64,000 nucleotides of DNA from IMG/VR virus record IMGVR_UViG_3300026487_000003; one strand, 5' to 3'. Position numbers and translations under genes: made by a program. Of the stretch, positions 7,368-16,973 are shown one piece after another. The stretch is from a virus. How positions within the stretch are numbered: the first letter of the stretch is position 1; every line of letters starts with the position of its first letter. Under the pieces are notes generated by a model. The model made no database searches. It had not been told where the DNA came from and saw only the letters and a list, made by a program, of their open reading frames with translations.

Positions 7368-9097
7368 AAGAAGGTACTCTACTGTTTCATACAAGCTGCC
7401 TGGAATGTGAATCTTCTGATGGGATGGCTGTCTATGAGAAAGAAAAAGAAGACGGAAGCACAGTTGTAGATTGCTGGTGCTTCGTCTGCAATAAATACTT
7501 TGGTCCAGATATTGCTAAGGAGGCTAAGTTGGAACCTGCTGAGAACTATAAAGCGCGTGAGCATGTAGAAACTGATTTTACTGATATTGAAGCTATCCCA
7601 TTTCGTGGGTGGAAAGCTCGTGGAATTGGACAACCTGTATCAGCTAAGTATGGGGTACACACTGAAGTTGAAGGTGAGTTTGATGTAAAGGCTCGATACT
7701 ACCCTTCAACTAAAGACGGTAAAATTGTAGGATTTAAGAAGCGCTCAACACCTAAAAGCTTTACTGGAATCGGTAGCACCAAAGCCACTAACGAACTCTT
7801 TGGGCAATCTGTATTTGAAGCTGGTCAGAAGTATCTTGTGATTACCACAGGCGAGGAAGACGCCCTCAGTTTTGCGCAAGCACTATACAGCAAGAAAGAT
7901 AGTGCAGAGTATTGGACGCCTTGTGTTAGCGTGACTTGTGGTGATGGAAGTATTATCAAGCAGTTCAAGGCTAACTTTGAATACTTGAATAGCTTTGAAA
8001 AGGTTGTCTTGGCATTTGATAACGATGACAATGCACAACAATACGTAGAACAGGCGGCACGACTACTTAGCCCTGGTAAAGTCTTTATTGCCAAGTTTCC
8101 TGCCGGCGTTAAAGACGCCTCGGATATGGTTAAAGCTGGTCGTTCCGCTGAGCTTAAGCAAATCTTCTGGAAGGCTGTACCATTTAGCCGCGTAGACGTT
8201 CTACACCTTAGCCAGATGTGGGATGATTTTGAGAGTGAAGATAATAATGTGAAGATTCCACTACCTAGCTCATGGTCTCATCTGAATGAGATGATGGGTG
8301 GTGGCATGGAAAAGGGTGAGATTACAATCATCGGAGCTTTGACCAGTATTGGTAAGTCCACTATTGTGAATAATGTGGTCTTCCACTTGATTGAGAATAC
8401 ACGTTTTAAAGTAGGTGCAATGTATCTTGAAGGGACGAAGCGTGAGGTTGTACGAGACTTGCTATCGCTTGATGCAGGGGTAAATCTTCGCACTACTGAT
8501 CGTTCCATGATTGATATTCAAGCGCTAAAGACTCGGTTCTTTGACAACTTGGTTAAGAAAGATCAATTTGTTTATGTTGACCATCAGGGTAGTATCTCTA
8601 CTACGGAGATTTTCGATAAGCTGAACTATCTGGCTAAGGCTGAAAGCTGTGATGTCATTATTATTGACCCTGTCCAAGCAGGTGTGAACAGTAGTGATAA
8701 TGGTGCAATCATTGAGTTCATGGACACGCTGCTTAAGTTTGCTAAGGAGACAGACACCTGTGTGATTGCGGTTAGCCATATGAAGAAACCTTCGGAGGAA
8801 AACCCACACGCTGTAACGGAATACCAGCTCATGGGCTCATCGAGTTTAAATCAAATTGCATTCAATACTATTTTGATTAGCCGTGATAAGATGAACCCAG
8901 ACCCTATCAAACGGTCAGCTACTAAGCTACAGCTTGTTAAGTGTCGTCGAACTGGTAACACAGGTGATGCTGGGTGGCTACGCTATGACAGCGCTACAAC
9001 GCACATGTTTGCTACGCCCGATCCGTATGTTGAGCAATCTCTTGAGCCACAACCTCAAGACTATAGTAATCGTGAAGAAGTTGTGGTAGACTTTTAA
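7364..9097 (+). CDS. bifunctional DNA primase / DnaB-like helicase (T7 gp4-like architecture)
   Basis: N-terminal Cys4 zinc finger (CLEC...CFVC), TOPRIM acidic motifs (TTGEEDA, FDNDD), Walker A GALTSIGKST and Walker B IIIDP. Confidence 0.9.
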   Translation: MKEGTLLFHTSCLECESSDGMAVYEKEKEDGSTVVDCWCFVCNKYFGPDIAKEAKLEPAENYKAREHVETDFTDIEAIPFRGWKARGIGQPVSAKYGVHTEVEGEFDVKARYYPSTKDGKIVGFKKRSTPKSFTGIGSTKATNELFGQSVFEAGQKYLVITTGEEDALSFAQALYSKKDSAEYWTPCVSVTCGDGSIIKQFKANFEYLNSFEKVVLAFDNDDNAQQYVEQAARLLSPGKVFIAKFPAGVKDASDMVKAGRSAELKQIFWKAVPFSRVDVLHLSQMWDDFESEDNNVKIPLPSSWSHLNEMMGGGMEKGEITIIGALTSIGKSTIVNNVVFHLIENTRFKVGAMYLEGTKREVVRDLLSLDAGVNLRTTDRSMIDIQALKTRFFDNLVKKDQFVYVDHQGSISTTEIFDKLNYLAKAESCDVIIIDPVQAGVNSSDNGAIIEFMDTLLKFAKETDTCVIAVSHMKKPSEENPHAVTEYQLMGSSSLNQIAFNTILISRDKMNPDPIKRSATKLQLVKCRRTGNTGDAGWLRYDSATTHMFATPDPYVEQSLEPQPQDYSNREEVVVDF

Positions 9098-9135
9098 TGG
9101 AGGGGGTAATTCCCTCCTACATTTAAGGAGGATAA

Positions 9136-11268
9136 ATGACTGACTTTATTAAGGGTGATTGGATTTTTGATATTGAAACTTACCCCAACGTGTTCACTTT
9201 CTGCGCCGTTTACGCTAATGGCAAGGGTGTTCGAGTATTTGAGGTAAGTGATCGTAAGAATGAAATTGAGCAAGTTCTGGATTTTCTACGCAAAGTTGTA
9301 TCTAACAAGCATCGCCTAGTCGGCTTTAACAACGTAGGTTTTGATTATCCAGTTCTGCATCACATTCTTGAGAAAGCACGCAAGGCATTTAAAGCAGGAA
9401 AGAAAGTAAAGATCACTGCTACTGAAATCTATGATGTGGCAATGAATCTTATTAACTCACAGAGAGATGAGAAGTTTGGTAATGCAATCAAACCTAAGGA
9501 TGTAATAATTCCGCAGGTTGATTTGTATAAGGTTCATCATTTTGATAACAAGGCTCGGGCAACTTCTCTTAAGATGCTTGAGTTTAATATGCGGTCAGAG
9601 ACAATTGAGGATTTACCTTTTCCAGTGGGAACAGAGCTAAACTCAATTCAGATTGATACTCTGATTCACTATAACAAACACGATGTCATGGAAACCCTGC
9701 GTTTCTACCATCACTCAGTTAAAGCTTTGAAGTTTCGTGAAGAACTAACACAGAAGTATGGGTTTGATTGCACTAACTTTAATGACACCAAGATTGGTAA
9801 GCAGTATTTTATCAATCGTCTTGAAAGTGAAATGCCAGGAAGCTGCTACAAGGTTGGTAAATATGGTCGTACAATCAATCAAACTAAGCGGGACGTGATC
9901 CATCTAAAGGATGCGATCCTACCTTACATTAAATACGAACGACCAGAGTTTAACGCTCTGCTAAATTGGTTCAAAAAGCAGAGTATCACTGAGACCAAAG
10001 GTGTCTTCACTGACATTTTGGAAAGCGATCTTGGTCCAGAGCTTGCACAGTATGCACAGCTACACACCAAACGTAAGAAGCTGTTTAAAGCCCCTACAGA
10101 GGCTCAGATTGAAGAGTTCAAGAAAGACAAACCTCTGTGTTGGGTTGAAGAGATTGAGCTTAAGGGAAAGGAAACAAAGGCTAATGGAGGCGGTCAGAAG
10201 AAAGCTTATTGGCTGTATTGGAATGTAGCAGAAACATTGAACGTGGTTGTAGATGGGTTTCGACTAGATTTTGGTACTGGTGGTATTCACGGTAGCGTAG
10301 AGTCAAGAATTGTGCGCTCTGATGAGCGTCAAGTTATTGACGATCGAGATGTTGCCAGCTACTACCCCAACCTTGCAATCTCGAATGATGTTTACCCTAA
10401 GCACTTGGGTAAGAACTTCTGTAAGATTTATAAGGACGTTTATGATGAGCGCAAGAGTTTTCCGAAAGGTAGCCCAGAAAATGCGGTAATGAAATTGGCA
10501 CTCAATGGGGTATATGGCGATAGCAACAGTGAGTTCAGTCCGTTCTTCGACGCACTCTACACTATGACTATCACAATCTCAGGTCAGCTTTCACTTTGTA
10601 TGTTGATTGAAAAGCTGTTGAAAGTTAAAGACTTAACAATGGTTCAAGCTAACACTGATGGTATTACTTTCAAGCACAACCGAAGTGATGATCTAGTAGT
10701 TGACAAGATTGTAAAAGACTGGGAGAATGTTACCAAGCTTGAGATGGAAAGGAATGACTACTCAATGATGGCTATTAGGGATGTAAATTCTTACACGGCG
10801 ATTTATGAAAAGGATGGGTCAGTTAAACGTAAAGGTGCCTATGAGTATGCTGGTTTGGACTGGAACAAAAATCACAGTTCTCTAGTAATCCCAATGGCTG
10901 CTGAGCACGAGATTCTAGGTAAAGGTAAGGCTGAAGACTTTATCAAAGGCCATAAGAATAAGTGGGATTTTCTCCTACGTACCAAGGTGCCTCGTAATTC
11001 CAGTCTCGTGCTTGTTATGGACGATGGTGAGGAACTAAAGCAGCAGAACATTTGTCGATACTATCCATCTGAGGAAGGTGGTAAGCTTGTAAAGCTAATG
11101 CCTGCGCTTGCTGGTAAAGAAGCTGAAGGTGATCGCAGGCTTTCTATTGATAGCGACTGGAAGGTTAAGACTTGCAACAAGATTGAACAGTTTGATTGGG
11201 ATGATCTAAACTATGATTACTACATTAAGGAAGCTCGCAAACTTATTGACCCATTGATTAAGGAGTAA
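9136..11268 (+). CDS. DNA polymerase with N-terminal 3'-5' exonuclease (family-B-like motifs)
   Basis: Exo motifs DIET, NNVGFD and YNKHD; polymerase motifs DVASYYPN, KLALNGVYG and NTDG. Confidence 0.85.
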   Translation: MTDFIKGDWIFDIETYPNVFTFCAVYANGKGVRVFEVSDRKNEIEQVLDFLRKVVSNKHRLVGFNNVGFDYPVLHHILEKARKAFKAGKKVKITATEIYDVAMNLINSQRDEKFGNAIKPKDVIIPQVDLYKVHHFDNKARATSLKMLEFNMRSETIEDLPFPVGTELNSIQIDTLIHYNKHDVMETLRFYHHSVKALKFREELTQKYGFDCTNFNDTKIGKQYFINRLESEMPGSCYKVGKYGRTINQTKRDVIHLKDAILPYIKYERPEFNALLNWFKKQSITETKGVFTDILESDLGPELAQYAQLHTKRKKLFKAPTEAQIEEFKKDKPLCWVEEIELKGKETKANGGGQKKAYWLYWNVAETLNVVVDGFRLDFGTGGIHGSVESRIVRSDERQVIDDRDVASYYPNLAISNDVYPKHLGKNFCKIYKDVYDERKSFPKGSPENAVMKLALNGVYGDSNSEFSPFFDALYTMTITISGQLSLCMLIEKLLKVKDLTMVQANTDGITFKHNRSDDLVVDKIVKDWENVTKLEMERNDYSMMAIRDVNSYTAIYEKDGSVKRKGAYEYAGLDWNKNHSSLVIPMAAEHEILGKGKAEDFIKGHKNKWDFLLRTKVPRNSSLVLVMDDGEELKQQNICRYYPSEEGGKLVKLMPALAGKEAEGDRRLSIDSDWKVKTCNKIEQFDWDDLNYDYYIKEARKLIDPLIKE

Positions 11269-11270
11269 AC

Positions 11271-11831
11271 GTGAAAGAGATTTGGAAACCGATTATTGAC
11301 GATCAAGTTCAGCCGCGTTATGCTGTTAGCAACTTTGGTCAAGTTATTGATCTAAAGAATAATAAGAAAATGCTTTGGCACGACAATGGTGCAGGATATA
11401 TGAGTGTAGGTTTACAAGGAAATGCGTTGGGCGTTAGGGTTCGCTATGTGCACAGGCTTGTAGCCAAAGCCTTTCTGGATAACCCAGACAACCTTCCACA
11501 AGTCGGGCACAAGGATCATACCCGTGCTAATAACACAGTAGACAACCTTTACTGGACTACGCAGAAGCAGAATACTCGGGATGGCATTGAAGCAGGTCGC
11601 ATTAACGCCAAGAAAAGACCTAATACTCAAAAACTGAGTAAGGCAAACATCTGTGAAGTCGCACTGCTGGACTCGAAAGGTTATGGGGTTAACGAAATTG
11701 CCTTGACTTTAGGTTTTCCACGCACTACAATCTCAAGCGTATTCAATGGTAGGAGTAATTGGGAGTTGTTTGAATTTGCACGAGAAGAAATCGCAAATCA
11801 ACTGTTGACTTCCCCTCAGAATGCTTTATAA
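11271..11831 (+). CDS. HNH homing endonuclease (NUMOD4-like N-terminus, HNH_3 core, C-terminal HTH)
   Basis: WKPI...YAVSNFGQV, HRLVAKAF and GHKDHTRANNTVDNLYWTTQKQN; GTG start after AAGGAG, directly downstream of the polymerase. Confidence 0.85.
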   Translation: MKEIWKPIIDDQVQPRYAVSNFGQVIDLKNNKKMLWHDNGAGYMSVGLQGNALGVRVRYVHRLVAKAFLDNPDNLPQVGHKDHTRANNTVDNLYWTTQKQNTRDGIEAGRINAKKRPNTQKLSKANICEVALLDSKGYGVNEIALTLGFPRTTISSVFNGRSNWELFEFAREEIANQLLTSPQNAL

Positions 11832-11832
11832 T
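11805..11832 (+). promoter_or_regulatory. sigma70-like promoter TTGACT-16-TATAAT
   Basis: Near-consensus hexamers; the -10 overlaps the stop codon of the HNH gene. Confidence 0.55.
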
Positions 11833-11873
11833 GTTTCCCACAAGAGTTTATCGTAAACGTTGAAAGGAGAGAA

Positions 11874-12092
11874 ATGATGAAAGTAGAAAGTAAAGTTAAT
11901 GAGTTCAACCCCGTAACCATCACGCTAGAGACTCAAGAGGAGCTGGACATTTTTACTGAAATCTTCCACCGAATTGGTGGGGACAGGTTCCGCAAAGTAT
12001 TTGGCAACACTTCTACCATCGTAAGCCATTTAAGTAAAAATGGTGGAGTTTACGAGGAACTGGATGTTGAAGGTTCTATCTACATTAACTAA
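11874..12092 (+). CDS. hypothetical protein, paralog of 12865..13089
   Basis: 72-aa ORF alignable end to end with 12865..13089 (ITL.(T/S)QEELD.FTE.F.R.GG.RFR). Confidence 0.6.
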   Translation: MMKVESKVNEFNPVTITLETQEELDIFTEIFHRIGGDRFRKVFGNTSTIVSHLSKNGGVYEELDVEGSIYIN

Positions 12093-12110
12093 TCAAAGGA
12101 GAATAACCAA

Positions 12111-12296
12111 ATGAAAACGCTAAATGGCTGGGCTGTAGTTGCTGATCAAGTTAAAACCTTCCACGGTATCAAGAAAGACTACATCCTAAGCGTCTGTGCT
12201 ACTCGGGCCGAAGCAAGGGAAGAAAAAGCCCTACATGGTGGAAAGGCCGATGGTATCCGCATTGTTAAACTAACTGGCAATCAAGAGGTTCGCTAA
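12111..12296 (+). CDS. hypothetical protein
   Basis: 61-aa ORF with AAGGAG upstream. Confidence 0.55.
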   Translation: MKTLNGWAVVADQVKTFHGIKKDYILSVCATRAEAREEKALHGGKADGIRIVKLTGNQEVR

Positions 12297-12297
12297 C

Positions 12298-12624
12298 ATG
12301 GGCTACGTAACAGTGACTGAATCCGTTGGTGAAATCACTAAAACCTATCACTTCTCATCCTACGATGACTTCAAGGATTGGGAGAATAAGGTTAGTGGTG
12401 TTGTGGTGAGTGCTGATGAGAAAGGTTGGATTGAGAACGACGGAGAATATCCACCTAAAGGTGTGGCGTGCTCTGATCAAGTAGCTGTCAAGTTTAAAAA
12501 TGGAGAGTTTGGCAGTGGATTTGTTGATGACTTCTACGGGTGGAACGTAGAAAAGAAAAACGAAGCGAATGTTGATGCCGAACAGACTGGTTACGACATC
12601 ACTCACTACCGGAAGCTAAGCTAA
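12298..12624 (+). CDS. hypothetical protein (N-terminus related to 14467..14667)
   Basis: 108-aa ORF; shared motif F.S.(D/E)DFK(D/E)WE.K. Confidence 0.55.
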   Translation: MGYVTVTESVGEITKTYHFSSYDDFKDWENKVSGVVVSADEKGWIENDGEYPPKGVACSDQVAVKFKNGEFGSGFVDDFYGWNVEKKNEANVDAEQTGYDITHYRKLS

Positions 12625-12851
12625 TGAAAACAACCCTAGCATTTATCTTTTTCATCTTCGCTATCCTTGGCTGGGCTTCAATGGGTCTTGCAACTGTTGG
12701 CTCAATCATCTATGCTATCTACTTGTTCGGTCCTGCTGGCCTAACTCTTGGAATGGCATTGTGGACAGCAGTGATTTTGTGGCTTAAAATGATGGTTGGC
12801 GGATTTGTTCTTCTGCTGATTGGTGTTATTGGTATTAAGTGTGTTGAATAA
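12624..12851 (+). CDS. small integral membrane protein
   Basis: 75 aa, almost entirely hydrophobic, 2-3 predicted TM segments. Confidence 0.6.
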   Translation: MKTTLAFIFFIFAILGWASMGLATVGSIIYAIYLFGPAGLTLGMALWTAVILWLKMMVGGFVLLLIGVIGIKCVE

Positions 12852-12864
12852 ATAGGGGAGAGAA

Positions 12865-13089
12865 ATGAAGATTGAAAGCGCAGACGAGTTTAAGCCGGTA
12901 ATTATTACACTGCAAAGTCAAGAGGAACTTGATCTGTTTACGGAGGTATTTTACCGCGTAGGTGGTCACCGGTTCCGTGATGGGTTTCAAGGCAGGACTT
13001 CAACAGTTGTTGAGCTACTACGTTCTAAAGGCGGCAATTGTGATCAGATGAATGCCAGCGGCAGCATTGATATTAACTACTTTAACTAA
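12865..13089 (+). CDS. hypothetical protein, paralog of 11874..12092
   Basis: See 11874..12092. Confidence 0.6.
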   Translation: MKIESADEFKPVIITLQSQEELDLFTEVFYRVGGHRFRDGFQGRTSTVVELLRSKGGNCDQMNASGSIDINYFN

Positions 13090-13110
13090 ACCAAACAGGA
13101 GAAATACTAT

Positions 13111-13845
13111 ATGACCAAGCAAGCTTCCAACGTTATCGTCAAAGCTCTACCAAAGAAAGGTGATCTAGAGAATTTTAACGTATACATCACCAACGTTCCG
13201 GTGTTCTATGCATCTGTGCAGGAACCTAAGCTTAAGTATCAGTCTCAAACTGAGAAAGAGTTTTCTGCAACCGTATTCGTTCCAGAAGATGTGAAAGATA
13301 AGCTCGATGATGAAGTAATGCTGAACAAGCAATTTGCTCAAGTAGGTGTTACCAAAACCACTAAGCCACCAAAGAAGATCAAGTATCCTCTTTCTTCACA
13401 GGTTGAAGAGGGTAAGGCGAACTATGACGCTGTTAAAGGTCTGTGGGGTTTCACTGTAGCGCGTCCAGAATTCAGTAAGGCAGGTAACCCACAACGAGTT
13501 AACGTGATTGACACTGAAGGTAATGCGTTTAACGAGCTTGTTGGTAATGGTTCTATCTGTACGCTAAAGCTGTTCGGTTATAAAAATAAGGATGGTCAGC
13601 TTGTTGTTACTCTGGATACTCTGCAAGTTGTTGAGCACTTGAGCTATGAGGGCAAGACTTCCTCAGACGAAGTGGAGGATGAAGTGCTGGGCAACTACAA
13701 GGTTAAGAAGGTGGAAGCCAAGCCTGCTGAGCAAGAACAAGCCCCTGCACGTAAACCAGCACCAGAACCCGCTGGTTCAATTGACGACTTCAGTGACGAC
13801 ATCCCCTTCATGCGGATCAGTGATCGTCTTCTGATGATCATCTAA
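13111..13845 (+). CDS. ssDNA-binding protein (phage gp2.5-like) with acidic DDIPF motif
   Basis: Position in the replication module and an acidic tail ending DDFSDDIPF; 11 extra residues follow the IPF. Confidence 0.6.
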   Translation: MTKQASNVIVKALPKKGDLENFNVYITNVPVFYASVQEPKLKYQSQTEKEFSATVFVPEDVKDKLDDEVMLNKQFAQVGVTKTTKPPKKIKYPLSSQVEEGKANYDAVKGLWGFTVARPEFSKAGNPQRVNVIDTEGNAFNELVGNGSICTLKLFGYKNKDGQLVVTLDTLQVVEHLSYEGKTSSDEVEDEVLGNYKVKKVEAKPAEQEQAPARKPAPEPAGSIDDFSDDIPFMRISDRLLMII

Positions 13846-13889
13846 ACTGACATAGGCTCAAGGATGAGCCAACATTAGGGGAGAAGAAA

Positions 13890-14189
13890 ATGGGAGTTGA
13901 ATGTACTGCCTATACTTATATAGGTTTATATGTAAAAGATGCAGAAGAATATCTTGTATCCAAAGGACTTCTTAAAGAAGGTGAGCTTGAAGAGGAGCAT
14001 TACGGGGATTTTGAATGCGCTAATCTTCCCCTAAATGTACGGCCTGTTAGTGGTTATACGAATGAGGGTTATTATGTAGGATTTGAAGTTCATCCGGCTG
14101 AGTATAAGAAGTTTGATAATCTGATCCGTGAGTTTAAAGAAATTACAGGTGATAATGCTGTAATTGAAACCTTCGAACATTGGCACTAA
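13890..14189 (+). CDS. hypothetical protein
   Basis: 99-aa ORF with GGGGAG upstream. Confidence 0.55.
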   Translation: MGVECTAYTYIGLYVKDAEEYLVSKGLLKEGELEEEHYGDFECANLPLNVRPVSGYTNEGYYVGFEVHPAEYKKFDNLIREFKEITGDNAVIETFEHWH

Positions 14190-14206
14190 CTAAAGGAGAA
14201 TAAGCT

Positions 14207-14470
14207 ATGACCCAACAAGACCTATACATCCGTGCAAAAGCTCTGTACAACGAACTAATCACCCTTGAGCAAGACATTGAAGCTTTGGCTAAAGAGTTTA
14301 CCTACGCTAAGGAAGAGAATGAAAGTGGTCTAGAAAAGAACATTGTAAAGACCACTATGAAAGCTGCCGAAGTGTATGTCCGCAATAACGTAGAAAAAAC
14401 CGAAGAGAAGATTGCTAAAGAGCAAGAGTTCCTTGAGACTTATCGTACACTATCTGGAGAATACGAATGA
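14207..14470 (+). CDS. hypothetical coiled-coil protein
   Basis: 87-aa ORF with AAGGAG upstream. Confidence 0.55.
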   Translation: MTQQDLYIRAKALYNELITLEQDIEALAKEFTYAKEENESGLEKNIVKTTMKAAEVYVRNNVEKTEEKIAKEQEFLETYRTLSGEYE

Positions 14471-14667
14471 TGAGTGTAGAATATTCACGAGAAGTTGGAG
14501 AACTTAAGGAAGTTTTTAAGTTTAAGTCTGTTGAAGATTTTAAAGAATGGGAAAAAGATAAGATTAAAGTTCTAGGTATCTATTCCAACGCCACGCTTCG
14601 AGAATGCGACGATGAAAGACCTTGCATAAACTGTTTTGCAGATAACGGCAATTGCTTAGGTAAATGA
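14467..14667 (+). CDS. hypothetical protein
   Basis: 66-aa ORF with ATGA coupling. Confidence 0.55.
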   Translation: MMSVEYSREVGELKEVFKFKSVEDFKEWEKDKIKVLGIYSNATLRECDDERPCINCFADNGNCLGK

Positions 14668-14675
14668 AATATATA

Positions 14676-14699
14676 GGGAGCTTCGGCTCCCTTCTTTTT
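14676..14699 (+). terminator. rho-independent terminator
   Basis: GGGAGC-TTCG-GCTCCC hairpin followed by TTCTTTTT. Confidence 0.75.
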
Positions 14700-14708
14700 A
14701 GGTGAAAT

Positions 14709-14894
14709 ATGAACAGTATTGATATTCGATTGTCATATCCTGATTGCACAGTAAGTTATCAGATTGATTTGGTTAAGCTTACGGCTAATGTTGTAAGTAC
14801 GATTGGCGATAAGCATTATTTGAGCACAGTGGAATATGATAAGTTGCCACCAAAGGTTAAATTAATGATTGAAGCAATGAGAGGTGAAAGTTGA
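14709..14894 (+). CDS. hypothetical protein
   Basis: 61-aa ORF. Confidence 0.5.
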   Translation: MNSIDIRLSYPDCTVSYQIDLVKLTANVVSTIGDKHYLSTVEYDKLPPKVKLMIEAMRGES

Positions 14895-15883
14895 GTGAAA
14901 TTGCTATCCTAGATTTAGATATGTTTCTTCACCACGCCGCTAACGCAGCAGAGAAGAAGTCAATTATTGTTAAACACAAGACAACAGGTTGGGAAAAAGC
15001 TTTTGAAACCCGGACCGATTTCTACGGACATTGGAAGAAGAAAGAAGGTGGGTGGTTAGCAAAGCTAAATAGTAGTCGCCCAGAAGATAGAAAAGTTAGT
15101 CCTGACAGTTTTGATATTATTGATGTGCAAACCCCACAACCTTTGGAGAATGCTCTAAATATTGCTAAGACAATGGTAAAGAAGGCCCTAGATGCTTGTG
15201 GAGCAAAGAGTTATAAAGCTTTCATGGGTAAAGGTGCAAGCTTTCGAGTTGAACGTTCTACACTGCTTGAGTACAAAGGGAATAGATCAAAAAACCTGAC
15301 GCCAATTTATAAGATGGAGGTAGCTGATTTTCTAGAACGAAAGTACAAAGCTGAGATCGTTTCAGGAATTGAGAGTGATGATGCGTGCACCATGGCAGCT
15401 TACAAACAACCCAATAAGTTTGTGGTCTGTGAGGATAAGGACTTCTGGAGCCAGCCTAACAAAGTATTCAACGTAAACAGTCCAGAACGCGGTATAGTGG
15501 ATTGTGACAAGTGGGGTAGCCTATGGCGTGACTCAAAGGGAAAAGTGCGTGGTGAGGGTCGTATACACCTTCTGTGGCAGACAGCTAGTCAGGACGACAT
15601 TGACAACTTTAAGGCTCATTGCTTTTCTGATCAGTCTTGGGGAGTGGTCAATGCCTACGAATGGCTTAAGGATTGCAAGGATGATAAAGAGGGATTCTTA
15701 AAGCTTAAGGAAATCTTCGACTATCTATACCCTGAACCGAAGGAAGTGGTTGGATGGCGTGGTGATAACCTTACCATTGACGCAAATTATGTCATGGACG
15801 AAATGTTTGACATGGCTCGGATGCTGCGGTATATTGGCGACGAGGTAGTCTGTTCTGAAGTGGTGGCTAAGTATGCAGCATAA
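14891..15883 (+). CDS. 5'-3' exonuclease / flap endonuclease-like (PIN-like)
   Basis: N-terminal ILDLD and internal GIESDDA acidic clusters resemble FEN/RNase H motifs; TTG start after GAGGTG. Confidence 0.5.
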   Translation: MSEIAILDLDMFLHHAANAAEKKSIIVKHKTTGWEKAFETRTDFYGHWKKKEGGWLAKLNSSRPEDRKVSPDSFDIIDVQTPQPLENALNIAKTMVKKALDACGAKSYKAFMGKGASFRVERSTLLEYKGNRSKNLTPIYKMEVADFLERKYKAEIVSGIESDDACTMAAYKQPNKFVVCEDKDFWSQPNKVFNVNSPERGIVDCDKWGSLWRDSKGKVRGEGRIHLLWQTASQDDIDNFKAHCFSDQSWGVVNAYEWLKDCKDDKEGFLKLKEIFDYLYPEPKEVVGWRGDNLTIDANYVMDEMFDMARMLRYIGDEVVCSEVVAKYAA

Positions 15884-16409
15884 AGAACCATGGGGACCGG
15901 GAACACCCTGGAAGAATTCTGTTGCGTGGTTCACGTACCTTAGAGGTTGTTTGAGAAAAGCTTGGTCTACTAACCCAATAAAATTAACTGTTTTAAAAAA
16001 TGGACGAAAGCAAATTCCCAACCCTAACCCAAAAGGAAACAAACCTACTGTATGGGGATTTGACTGTGAAATGTGTGGTAATACCTATCCAATCAAAGAG
16101 GGTCAAATTGACCACAAGATACCGGCGGGAAGTTTACAAAAGACAGAAGATATTCCAGGCTTTGTGATGCGTCTGCTATATATTAGGGAAGAGGACCTAA
16201 GACTTATTTGCAAAGGTTGTAACTCTGCATTAGCATATGCAGACAAAAACAAAATTAGCTTTGAAGAAGCCTTGATTGCTAAACAGATTATTGAGATTTG
16301 TAAGAACGGTAAAGAGAAAGCTTGGTTAGCTGAGAGGGGTGTTTCACCAGCAGCTAACGCTAAGCTTAGAAAGCAACAAGTGAAGGAGATATTAGAGAAT
16401 GAGATATAA
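15873..16409 (+). CDS. HNH (beta-beta-alpha-Me) nuclease
   Basis: CEMCG...DHKIP...CKGCN motif arrangement. Confidence 0.65.
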   Translation: MQHKEPWGPGTPWKNSVAWFTYLRGCLRKAWSTNPIKLTVLKNGRKQIPNPNPKGNKPTVWGFDCEMCGNTYPIKEGQIDHKIPAGSLQKTEDIPGFVMRLLYIREEDLRLICKGCNSALAYADKNKISFEEALIAKQIIEICKNGKEKAWLAERGVSPAANAKLRKQQVKEILENEI

Positions 16410-16581
16410 CTTCGCAAGAGATGACGATGGGCATTGGTTTCTAATCCCTACAGAACTTAACGCAGAATTCTATAAACTTCTTGAAGAAGGTGAAGACGAT
16501 CTTTGGACTGAGTTCAATAACAAGTTCGAAAAGTATACTAGTAATAATCCTTGCAGCTATACTTTTGAGAATCCAGAATGA
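16399..16581 (+). CDS. hypothetical protein
   Basis: 60-aa ORF. Confidence 0.5.
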   Translation: MRYNFARDDDGHWFLIPTELNAEFYKLLEEGEDDLWTEFNNKFEKYTSNNPCSYTFENPE

Positions 16582-16805
16582 GTAAGATAATTCAACTTCC
16601 CACACCACATAAAGTTGACTTGAAGAATCTCGATAAAGAGCAGATTAAGTTTTATAAAGATTCAATGATTAATCTTCTAAATTGCTGGGATACTTTGACG
16701 CCAGAAAAACAATATCAGATGTTTGAGAACGTCGTTGGTTATTCGTTTAGTCAACTGGATACGATTGTTAAATTGCAGAAGATGTTAGAGGAGAAGTTTA
16801 AATGA
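16578..16805 (+). CDS. hypothetical protein
   Basis: 75-aa ORF with ATGA coupling. Confidence 0.55.
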   Translation: MSKIIQLPTPHKVDLKNLDKEQIKFYKDSMINLLNCWDTLTPEKQYQMFENVVGYSFSQLDTIVKLQKMLEEKFK

Positions 16806-16963
16806 AGAAAGTTTATGTAGTGACTAACTCAGAGCTTGGCTGGGATTGCGTGGTAGGTGTATTTGACGGCGACGTAATCACAGAAGAAGAACTTGAAGAA
16901 CGTTTCCAAGGGTGTTATATTGACGAACGCGATATTGAAATTAATCTAGAGAAATGGGATTAA
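16802..16963 (+). CDS. hypothetical small acidic protein (53 aa)
   Basis: ATGA coupling to the previous ORF; fills the gap. Confidence 0.45.
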   Translation: MKKVYVVTNSELGWDCVVGVFDGDVITEEELEERFQGCYIDERDIEINLEKWD

Positions 16964-16973
16964 GGGGAATAAC

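Noticed and set aside
7379-8832. Track ORFs on the minus strand inside the primase-helicase gene (7379..7633, 7825..8094, 8278..8508, 8525..8809, 8626..8832)
   Set aside because: They are antisense to a gene with unambiguous motifs, have no RBS and are low-complexity. They are typical shadow ORFs. The same reasoning applies to other antisense or alternative-frame track ORFs within confidently called genes, for example 10001..10228, 21116..21301, 24017..24265, 28514..29052, 33766..34197, 51399..51911, 58411..58641 and 60140..60598.
13646-13834. Alternative-frame ORF inside the 3' end of the SSB gene as a possible frameshift product
   Set aside because: It lacks an RBS and a slippery site, and the zero frame already encodes the expected acidic DDIPF tail.
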